This document shows, piece after piece, positions 37,474 to 44,162 of a stretch of DNA of 54,855 nucleotides. Under the pieces are notes generated by a model, which searched no databases, had not been told where the DNA came from, and was given only the letters and a program-made list of their open reading frames with translations. The position numbers and the translations under genes are program-made. This DNA comes from a virus: positions 1 to 54,855 of the IMG/VR virus record IMGVR_UViG_3300031280_000001; one strand, 5' to 3'. Every line of letters begins with the position of its first letter. Position 1 is the stretch's first letter.

Positions 37474-37549
37474 TACGGGAGAGAGGATTTGAACCTCCCC
37501 CTCCGGCTCTTCCGCCGACGCTCTGGCCCATGGTTTAAGCTACTCCCGT
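37474..37549 (-). tRNA. Aberrant tRNA-like gene, anticodon undetermined
   Basis: Acceptor ACGGGAG/CTCCCGT, D-stem and T-arm intact; anticodon loop GGAAGA is 6 nt and lacks U33. Confidence 0.65.
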
Positions 37550-37573
37550 TACACTTCTCCAAGGATTGTGTTG

Positions 37574-37646
37574 CGCTGAAGGAAGGATTTGAACCTACAC
37601 TTTCCAGGATGAAAACCTGACGTCCTACGCGATAGACGATAAGGCC
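37574..37646 (-). pseudogene. Chimeric tRNA-Glu(TTC) with non-pairing acceptor stem
   Basis: 5' part is a typical Glu (GGCCTTATCGTCTA...TCAGG-TTTTCAT-CCTGG); the 3' strand CCTTC-CTTCAGC does not pair with GGCCTTA. Confidence 0.7.
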
Positions 37647-37652
37647 ACATAG

Positions 37653-37693
37653 TGCCGGAGTGAGGAATCGAACCCCCATGCCCAGTCTCCGGC
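37653..37693 (-). ncRNA. tRNA-like minihelix (acceptor stem plus T-arm)
   Basis: GCCGGAG-ACTGGGCA-TGGGGG-TTCGATT-CCTCA-CTCCGGC-A. Confidence 0.7.
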
Positions 37694-37802
37694 AAAGATC
37701 CCCCGTCAATAGGCTGTGGTTGTCTTAACGGTTGTCCTCTGGTGCATGCAGATCCCCGGGAGAAAGACGGGTCACGTAGCTTACAATGCCTATCATATGT
37801 TG

Positions 37803-37881
37803 TAGCGGGGGTAGGATTCGAACCGTTTATGACGACCTTTGGGATATGAGCCCAACGAGCTACCAACTGCTCTACCCCGCT
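37803..37881 (-). tRNA. Initiator-type tRNA-Met(CAT) with 6-nt insertion in T-stem
   Basis: AGCGGGGTAGAGCAGTTGGTAGCTCG-TTGGG-CTCATAT-CCCAA; three G-C pairs in the anticodon stem; the T-stem 5' strand reads GTCATAAACGG instead of GTAGG. Confidence 0.75.
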
Positions 37882-37972
37882 ATATTATTAACAGGATAAT
37901 CCTGGATTGGTATGTCCAACCAGTCTTGATTAAAAATTACATATTCCATTTCATTATTTCTATTGTTTTAAG

Positions 37973-38045
37973 GGTGCCTGGAGAATTTCGAAATCTCGAC
38001 CTTCGGAATCACAACCCGACGCTCTGCCTCTGAGCTACAGACAAC
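37973..38045 (-). tRNA. tRNA-His(GTG)
   Basis: Loop TT-GTG-AT; G-1:C73 pair; T1.C72 mismatch; T-loop TTCGAAA. Confidence 0.8.
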
Positions 38046-38049
38046 GGTA

Positions 38050-38057
38050 CAAAGATA
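38050..38057 (-). promoter_or_regulatory. -7 element of tRNA-cluster promoter
   Basis: TATCTTTG 4 nt before tRNA-His. Confidence 0.65.
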
Positions 38058-38101
38058 AACATAATATTTGAAAGTACCGCATAGAATGATTATAAATAAC
38101 T

Positions 38102-38970
38102 ACTGCCATTTTGTCAGGCTTTTTGGAATTAACACTGCCATTTTGTCATGTTTGTCGCGAATATATACTATACTTGCGACATTCTGCACGTTTTTGCAAA
38201 CTTTTCGTCGTTAGAGGATTAGATACTTGGACCAGTTAACAGACGCGAACCCCCGGTTGGTATTTTATATATTATACTTTATGTTTCTGTTTTGCATCAT
38301 TTATGTATACAAATAGAAATAGGATTCCTATTGTGTTCAATAATAAACTTTGTTCATGGGCCGTGAACATGTATGGAGATGGGACCCAACGTTTGCCAGT
38401 AAAGCTGATTTAGTGGTAAACGTTGAGTATGGGACCCAATAATATATAAAAGCATGCTTAGTGGACTGTTTGGGGTGTATAGGGGGGGCCTCTTTGTGAA
38501 GGAAACTCGGTTGAATTCTTGGCTATATAGGGTAGGGTCCCCTATTACGTTCTTAACTGACTCACAGCCTGTTAGGTCAATTAGTCCTATAACTATTATT
38601 ATGTTAAGTAGACGCGTAGTGGCCTGGGCCTGAGGAGGATAGGTATAATACAGCCTGCCTGTGCGGGGAGAAATACCAATATCTAAATTAAATAAAATTA
38701 ATTAAATAAACCTGCGCGGCGGATAGTTCACATGCTCTACAGGCCCCTGTTCATAGGGTACACAGAGCTACGCTCACAAGCCCCTATCCATGGGCAGTAC
38801 AGCAGTACGCATTCATAGCATTAATGACACGTACTACGAAGGTCTTCGTACATGACAATATGTCATGATGTCACAAAATAGGGGCAAATACACTGCCATT
38901 ATGTCATAGAATAAGGGTAAACTACTGCCATTATGTCATGCTGCCCATACCCAGACCTGCCATTATGTCA
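38102..38970. repeat. Five 15-bp direct repeats (A/C)CTGCCATT(T/A)TGTCA
   Basis: Copies at 38102, 38134, 38892, 38924 and 38956; exact 32-bp spacing within each cluster. Confidence 0.9.
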
Positions 38971-38977
38971 TACTACA

Positions 38978-39031
38978 AGTAATATTAGGCTGTAACCTAA
39001 TACACCAGTAATATTAGACTGTAACCTAATA
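38978..39031. repeat. Two 25-bp direct repeats, each with an internal inverted repeat
   Basis: AGTAATATTAG(G/A)CTGTAACCTAATA at 38978 and 39007. Confidence 0.9.
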
Positions 39032-39793
39032 TTAATAACTATTTAATCAGAATTATATGTTACCTGGTACACAATATCACAATTATACTACGATTAGATA
39101 GAATTATTCTAAATAGGCCCGGATAACCTATTCACTGGGCTGTAGAGCGTAAGTGTATCATTATGCTACACTCACCTAAACATTTAGTTTGTTTTTTAAC
39201 ATATGCTCTGCAGCCCACTGGGCATGGGCAATACAGGCCGTTACATCAACTAATTTTAAATTATTTTATAACCTTTGAATGATTCTAAATAAGGTCAACA
39301 ACACGCTCAGTATCAATAACATATGATATCAGCTATTTGTTAACGCCTTGACACATAGCATTTTAACCTTTCACTATTAATTACGTAATTGCAATCAGTT
39401 CGTTGACATGCTGAGATGTGAAAGCCCACCGGGGACCTGTAGACAAATTTGGTACGCGTACCATAGGGATGTAGGTTAGTAAGTGGTAATCATATCAACA
39501 GGACACATGAGAGCGCAGCCCGGGTCGCCGGGATGTGAGCAGGGCAGGCAGCCGCAATTGAAAAGATACACTACAGACCAGCACAAGCAGCTGGTGGTGT
39601 TAACTACGAGTTAGCTACGAGATCCCCGGAACACAGAGCGACCGGGAACAATAAGAGAAACGGCATAAGGCCTGTAAACAGTTAAATCGGATCTTATCAG
39701 GTAGTAGAGTGTAATTACTTTACAGGCCTTATGCATCGAGAGCAATAAGATTCACAATTATTACATATTATAAACCTCTAATATCTTAGTAAC

Positions 39794-39985
39794 ATGGAAC
39801 AACAAACACGGTTTACAAATCAGGAAGTACAAGATCTGTTTGAAATTACCCGTTTCTTTCATAATGGATCACAGTTCAAATTTAAGGGTGTGGTTTACAC
39901 CTTGACTTACGGCGGTGCTACAGTCCGCGTATTAAAACAAAGCGGTGCTGGTAACTATAAAGAAATAACTTTAAAACGTAAATAA
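39794..39985 (+). CDS. Hypothetical early protein
   Basis: ORF track; first gene after the control region. Confidence 0.55.
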   Translation: MEQQTRFTNQEVQDLFEITRFFHNGSQFKFKGVVYTLTYGGATVRVLKQSGAGNYKEITLKRK

Positions 39986-40656
39986 TGGAACAACAATTTT
40001 ATAATAAACAGTACACCCGTACCCAGGTAAAGAACAATATCCTGAAAGTATGGGACGCAACCAATGAGACGGACCGTTTTGACTGGTATAAGGCTGCAAA
40101 TGATTTTGCACACGGGTTGGCTAATATAGCACCTAGCAATGATGGATATCATTTAGACGTTGCCAGGGCGTGCGGTGTAATTGCAGCCCTGAGTCCGATG
40201 GTACATTGGAATCGGAATAAGAAATTGGCACGTGAATTGATTGAAGACTCTAAGTTATTGAACGTGTGGATAATAGTTGATCATATGGCATGCTTAAAAG
40301 CCAATGCTCGCAAAGCAGCGGCTATCTTATTAAGCGATGGCAGCGATGATGCAATTTTAGATATCCTGAAAGGCAAAAAGACAAGTGCATTCTTTCTAAA
40401 TATCTTATATCCTAACAAAGCAATATCTTTGACAATGGATAGACACGCAATATCTATTGCCCTGGGCAGGAAAATCACAAAGGGTGAAGAGAAGTATTTA
40501 CAGCTAACTGCCGGACAGTACAAGTTCTTAGTTGAATGCTATAGATGGACAGCTGCAAAGCTTAAAGTCAATCCACTGATTTTACAATCAGCTACCTGGG
40601 TATTGTGGAGAAAAGAAGGCAGAAACACTGAATTACCTTATTATCTTGATTTTTAG
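39985..40656 (+). CDS. HhH DNA-glycosylase-like phage protein
   Basis: DWY...VIAALSP...W..N...KTSAFFLNI...MDRHA...LQSATW pattern. Confidence 0.55.
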   Translation: MEQQFYNKQYTRTQVKNNILKVWDATNETDRFDWYKAANDFAHGLANIAPSNDGYHLDVARACGVIAALSPMVHWNRNKKLARELIEDSKLLNVWIIVDHMACLKANARKAAAILLSDGSDDAILDILKGKKTSAFFLNILYPNKAISLTMDRHAISIALGRKITKGEEKYLQLTAGQYKFLVECYRWTAAKLKVNPLILQSATWVLWRKEGRNTELPYYLDF

Positions 40657-40748
40657 TCAACAGCCGCCGGGACGTCGGTATATAAAAGCAAAAGTGTATA
40701 AGCTATGCATGAGTAGTACGTCCTAATATGCATTTACACAATAATAAT

Positions 40749-40807
40749 GCCAGTTAACGGGCAGCCTGAAATAATAAGGGCGAAGGGTTCGAATCCCTTT
40801 ACTGGCA
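40749..40807 (+). ncRNA. tRNA-like element 1 (long variant)
   Basis: GCCAGT...AAGGG-TTCGAAT-CCCTT-T-ACTGGC-A. Confidence 0.75.
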
Positions 40808-40832
40808 CGACTTTTAATTAAATACAATTATA

Positions 40833-41039
40833 ATGAAAGACAAATTTAACTTAAATGGCATTGATTACAAGGTAGTTAATGGTTTAGTTTACAAGCAATC
40901 ACAGGGTATATTAGACCCATGTTACAAAGGTGACAGTAGTGTATTGGATGAGTTTTGCAGAATACATAGCTTAACACTATATCAGAGGCCTAAAGGTGTT
41001 CATGCATACGGTAACCAGCACGGATTACGTACGCAATAG
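40833..41039 (+). CDS. Small early protein, paralog of 42144..42320
   Basis: FNLNGIDYKVVNGL...PCYKGDSSVLDEFC...LYQR. Confidence 0.65.
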   Translation: MKDKFNLNGIDYKVVNGLVYKQSQGILDPCYKGDSSVLDEFCRIHSLTLYQRPKGVHAYGNQHGLRTQ

Positions 41040-41080
41040 CCAGTATGGTATCTGCCTGGGTTCGACTCCCAGGCATAGCA
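41039..41080 (+). ncRNA. tRNA-like element 2
   Basis: GCCAG-TATGGTA-TC-TGCCTGGG-TTCGACT-CCCAGGCA-TAGC-A. Confidence 0.8.
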
Positions 41081-41129
41081 CAAATATGTTTAATTATTAC
41101 ATATTATTAGTAATTAATAACTTAGTAAC

Positions 41130-41312
41130 ATGGAACAAAATTATTTGAATTCACTACGTGTGAACCTGGAAGCAGCTGCCGACAGGAAGGCAGTAGAGCG
41201 CAAGGCAGAAGCCAAAGCGCAAAGATTAGCAAAGATCCTGGTCATCGGATTACTATTAACCATTGCCGTAATTGTAATGTTGTTCGGCGATAGCATAACT
41301 AACTGGTCATGA
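41130..41312 (+). CDS. Small protein with C-terminal TM helix
   Basis: ILVIGLLLTIAVIVMLFG. Confidence 0.6.
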   Translation: MEQNYLNSLRVNLEAAADRKAVERKAEAKAQRLAKILVIGLLLTIAVIVMLFGDSITNWS

Positions 41313-41315
41313 TTA

Positions 41316-41355
41316 GCCCTTATGGTACTCCCCGGGTCCGATTCCCGGGAGGGCA
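41316..41355 (+). ncRNA. tRNA-like element 3
   Basis: GCCCT-TATGGTA-CTC-CCCGGG-TCCGATT-CCCGGG-AGGGC-A. Confidence 0.8.
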
Positions 41356-41384
41356 CGACTTTTAATTAATTAATATTTAATATT

Positions 41385-41546
41385 ATGAAAGCAAAAAATG
41401 TGATAAATGAGCATACGGAAAAAATAGCGCTCAAGACTTTGAAAATGAATTCTACCATATGCGGAGTAATGGGTCAAACAAAAGAAGAGGCCATTAAGAA
41501 TTTGAAAGCATTTGGATATTCAGATAAGGAAATTAAATCTATTTAA
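41385..41546 (+). CDS. Small early protein (53 aa)
   Basis: Hand translation MKAKNVINEHTEKIALK...; lies between two tRNA-like elements. Confidence 0.55.
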   Translation: MKAKNVINEHTEKIALKTLKMNSTICGVMGQTKEEAIKNLKAFGYSDKEIKSI

Positions 41547-41558
41547 TTTAATATGAAA

Positions 41559-41601
41559 GCCTGCACGGTATCAGGTCTGGGTTCGATTCCCAGACCAGGC
41601 A
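41559..41601 (+). ncRNA. tRNA-like element 4
   Basis: GCCTG-CACGGTA-TCA-GGTCTGGG-TTCGATT-CCCAGACC-AGGC-A. Confidence 0.8.
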
Positions 41602-41626
41602 CGACGTTTAACCAATTCAAAAAGTC

Positions 41627-42073
41627 ATGAAAGATTTAAATGAAATTTCAGAGATTACAGTTAGTTATTCACCTAAAATAAAAAACAGTGATAGGGCAAT
41701 TATCACATCTAGCCAAAAAGTTTATGATTTGGTTCGTAATAACTGGTCTGAAATAAGTATCAGAGAGGAAATGAAGGTTTTGTTTTTAAACAGGGCAAAT
41801 AAAGTACTTGGTATTTATGAGCTAAGTAAAGGCGGTATTAGCGGTACAGTAGTAGATGTACGACTATTATTTGCAGCTGCATTAAAATCTTTAGCCTGTG
41901 GTATTATACTGATTCATAATCACCCTTCAGGTAATTTAAAGCCTAGCGATGCAGATATAAAAATAACAAATAAAATACGTGAAGGCGCAAAACTTTTAGA
42001 CCTCACTGTATATGATCATCTGATAATATCGGATGAAGGATATTACAGTTTTTCAGATGAGGGTATTATTTAG
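41627..42073 (+). CDS. radC: RadC-like JAB/MPN domain protein
   Basis: REE..VLFLNRANKV...GGISGTVVD.R...HNHPSGNLKPSDAD...DHLII. Confidence 0.9.
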   Translation: MKDLNEISEITVSYSPKIKNSDRAIITSSQKVYDLVRNNWSEISIREEMKVLFLNRANKVLGIYELSKGGISGTVVDVRLLFAAALKSLACGIILIHNHPSGNLKPSDADIKITNKIREGAKLLDLTVYDHLIISDEGYYSFSDEGII

Positions 42074-42116
42074 CCCGTATGGTACTTAGGTAGTGGTTCA
42101 ATTCCACTACCGGGCA
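42073..42116 (+). ncRNA. tRNA-like element 5
   Basis: GCCCG-TATGGTA-CTTA-GGTAGTGG-TTCAATT-CCACTACC-GGGC-A. Confidence 0.85.
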
Positions 42117-42143
42117 CGACATTTAACCAATATTTAATTTAAT

Positions 42144-42320
42144 ATGAAAAGTTTTGATTTTAATGGCCGTAATTACAAGGTAGTGAACGGCTTGGCCCAC
42201 ACTGTAGAGAATAGTATACACGACAGTATAATGGTAACTCCTTGTTACCAGGGAGACAATGTTATGCTGGATGCATATTGTGATACCCTTGGTGTTAAAC
42301 TGTATCAAAGATCAAATTAG
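42144..42320 (+). CDS. Small early protein (58 aa), paralog of 40833
   Basis: Hand translation MKSFDFNGRNYKVVNGL...PCYQGDNVMLDAYC...LYQRSN. Confidence 0.65.
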   Translation: MKSFDFNGRNYKVVNGLAHTVENSIHDSIMVTPCYQGDNVMLDAYCDTLGVKLYQRSN

Positions 42321-42362
42321 CCCGTATGGTACGCGTCCTTGGTTCGAGTCCAGGGACGGGCG
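42320..42362 (+). ncRNA. tRNA-like element 6
   Basis: GCCCG-TATGGTA-CGC-GTCCTTGG-TTCGAGT-CCAGGGAC-GGGC-G. Confidence 0.85.
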
Positions 42363-42401
42363 CAATTATTCCTTATTATTTGTACCTAATATTTTAATAA
42401 C

Positions 42402-42623
42402 ATGCAATTATCAAAAGAAAAATTATGCGAAGCGCTGGAAATATGCGCTGAAAATCACAGTACGCTATTAACTATTAACTCTATTAAAAAAGGTAATATC
42501 GTATCAGATGCTGACTCCTTGATTATTCATAAATGCGTACCGGCAGTAATTAACAAGTTAAAGGATGCTGACTTTATGTTGGGCATGTGTGATCGTGGTA
42601 TGTATGTTGAGTATATCAAGTAA
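42402..42623 (+). CDS. Hypothetical early protein
   Basis: ORF track; flanked by tRNA-like elements. Confidence 0.6.
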   Translation: MQLSKEKLCEALEICAENHSTLLTINSIKKGNIVSDADSLIIHKCVPAVINKLKDADFMLGMCDRGMYVEYIK

Positions 42624-42665
42624 ACCTGTATGGTATGAGCAGAGGTTCGAATCCTCTGCCAGGTA
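42624..42665 (+). ncRNA. tRNA-like element 7
   Basis: ACCTG-TATGGTA-TGA-GCAGAGG-TTCGAAT-CCTCTGC-CAGGT-A. Confidence 0.85.
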
Positions 42666-42782
42666 CAATTTGGCCTATTTGGGTAATACCTAGCATCCAC
42701 TCACTTCGAGATCGTCGCTTAGACGCGCTCCTATGAAGCCGAATTTTTCTAAATTAATATATTTAACTAAAAAACAGTAAAA

Positions 42783-42995
42783 ATGGCAAAAAGAAGAATT
42801 GTTAACAGTAGAAGGGTCGCCAGGGGCAATAAGTCCGGTGGTGGTAAATCCTCTGCTTATACTCAGAAAATCGAGCAGCAAAAGCAGGGCAGGTTCAGCG
42901 ATAAATCTCCTTTCAGTGTTCATGACGGTGGAATTGGCCTGAGTTTGAATGAAACAAACAGACGTAGGTTTAATTTACGTAAAAAAGAGGATTAA
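42783..42995 (+). CDS. Small basic protein
   Basis: Arg/Lys-rich ORF. Confidence 0.55.
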   Translation: MAKRRIVNSRRVARGNKSGGGKSSAYTQKIEQQKQGRFSDKSPFSVHDGGIGLSLNETNRRRFNLRKKED

Positions 42996-42997
42996 TC

Positions 42998-43162
42998 ATG
43001 ACTTATGAAGAAAAAAAGACAATAGCTGACAAGTGGTTGACTAGGGAAGCATTCATGTCCTGGGATGAATTAGCTGATACCAACAGTCTCCATGATTGTG
43101 AAACAGAAGAAGATATCATTGAAGCTTGTGATGAAAGATTATTAACAGATATGATGGAATAG
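42998..43162 (+). CDS. Small acidic protein (54 aa)
   Basis: Hand translation MTYEEKKTIADKWLTREAFMSWDELAD...; possible DNA mimic. Confidence 0.55.
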   Translation: MTYEEKKTIADKWLTREAFMSWDELADTNSLHDCETEEDIIEACDERLLTDMME

Positions 43163-43203
43163 CCTGTATGGTGTAAAGGGGAGTTCGATTCTTCCCTCAG
43201 GCA
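43162..43203 (+). ncRNA. tRNA-like element 8
   Basis: GCCTG-TATGGTG-TAA-AGGGGAG-TTCGATT-CTTCCCT-CAGGC-A. Confidence 0.85.
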
Positions 43204-43232
43204 CAAATTTTAACTAAAATTGGAGGTAAATT

Positions 43233-43472
43233 ATGTTACGTAAAATTAATGAAATTGCAGCAGAGATCCGTAAAGACTGGAAAAAAATCAACTATGAAGC
43301 TAGGCCGTACCTGGATGCTATGACTGAGATTGAATCAGCAAATGATCGGTATTACTATGATTCTGCCGCTTCGGTCATTCGTTATTTCTTATCCAATGCG
43401 ACCGCCTGGAAAGGTGAGACAGCTCGCAGGATCAAGAAGGAACTGAATGAAATGATTGAAGGGAGGTACTAA
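43233..43472 (+). CDS. Conserved small phage early protein
   Basis: EIAAEIRKDW...ARPYLDAM...YFLSNATAWKGETARRIKKEL, a pattern recalled from many phages. Confidence 0.65.
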   Translation: MLRKINEIAAEIRKDWKKINYEARPYLDAMTEIESANDRYYYDSAASVIRYFLSNATAWKGETARRIKKELNEMIEGRY

Positions 43473-43753
43473 TGGATTGGACAGAATTTGTTAGGCAGAA
43501 CCTTACCATATTGGATCTCAGATTTATGGTAACAAAGCCCAGGCATCCCAGGTATGAATGGAAAGGCAATTATTGCCACCATATCAACTTGTGGACACAG
43601 CATGGCAAGAAAAGACTCTACATTCCCCTTTCTCTGATATCAGATGCTGGTTACATAGACCTAAGCAAAAAGAAATGTTTCTACCAGGATATGGAGGGAG
43701 CTAAGGAGAAAATATTTGAGGTATTTAATTATCTCACTGAACACGCTGGATAG
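43472..43753 (+). CDS. Hypothetical early protein
   Basis: ORF track. Confidence 0.55.
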   Translation: MDWTEFVRQNLTILDLRFMVTKPRHPRYEWKGNYCHHINLWTQHGKKRLYIPLSLISDAGYIDLSKKKCFYQDMEGAKEKIFEVFNYLTEHAG

Positions 43754-43786
43754 GCAACGTCCCCGGTTCGACGCCCGGGCCAGTGC
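43744..43786 (+). ncRNA. tRNA-like element 9 (degenerate)
   Basis: CGCTGG-ATAGGCAACGT-CCCCGG-TTCGACG-CCCGGG-CCAGTG. Confidence 0.6.
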
Positions 43787-43817
43787 GATTTATGTTTAAC
43801 TTAAAAATGGAGGTATA

Positions 43818-44084
43818 ATGGCTAAGAAATCTAATGAGGAACTGGGGTATATTATCCCAGTTAAACGGAGACTGGAACCCGGAAAATATGTGTTCGGATA
43901 TGCCAGATCTCTTGAACCAGATAATAGAGGACAGATAAAAGTGAGAACTTCCACTATGGAAACCACTAGCTGGCTAGGTACATCGGTCATTCACGTGCCC
44001 GAAGGTTTTGAAATCTATAAATCTGCACCGCCTAAAGCTAAAGATGTAGCTGATAGGTATATTTATGGAACAGATCCAATTTAA
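43818..44084 (+). CDS. Hypothetical early protein
   Basis: ORF track. Confidence 0.55.
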   Translation: MAKKSNEELGYIIPVKRRLEPGKYVFGYARSLEPDNRGQIKVRTSTMETTSWLGTSVIHVPEGFEIYKSAPPKAKDVADRYIYGTDPI

Positions 44085-44126
44085 CCCTGTATGGTACTCG
44101 TCCGGGTTCGTTTCCCGGGCAGGGTT
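44084..44126 (+). ncRNA. tRNA-like element 10
   Basis: ACCCTG-TATGGTA-CTC-GTCCGGG-TTCGTTT-CCCGGGC-AGGGT. Confidence 0.8.
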
Positions 44127-44162
44127 CGAGTAATATTGCTCAAGTATTAAAATTATTCACTT

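Noticed and set aside
37694-37802. HDV-like/theta ribozyme next to a tRNA
   Set aside because: A 7-bp helix starting with G.U is suggestive, but there is no P3/L3 before the P1 3' strand and no P4-J4/2 between the P1 and P2 3' strands. Kept only as an unknown pseudoknot.
36272-38033. ORFs 36272..36457, 37431..37709, 37549..37866 and 37839..38033
   Set aside because: They are translations of tRNA genes or their complements.
38102-39031. Direct repeats as a CRISPR array
   Set aside because: Repeats are 15 bp with 17-bp gaps, or 25 bp with a 4-bp gap, outside CRISPR geometry, and no cas genes are present.
39410-39740. RNase P RNA or group II intron
   Set aside because: GTGAAAGCCC only loosely resembles GAGGAAAGTCC; no convincing CR-V, domain V or reverse transcriptase was seen.
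40749-44126. Repeated elements as CRISPR repeats or integron attC sites
   Set aside because: Copies differ in primary sequence, the intervening DNA is whole genes, and there are no cas genes, integrase or RYYYAAC/GTTRRRY boxes. Conservation follows tRNA D/T-loop features instead.
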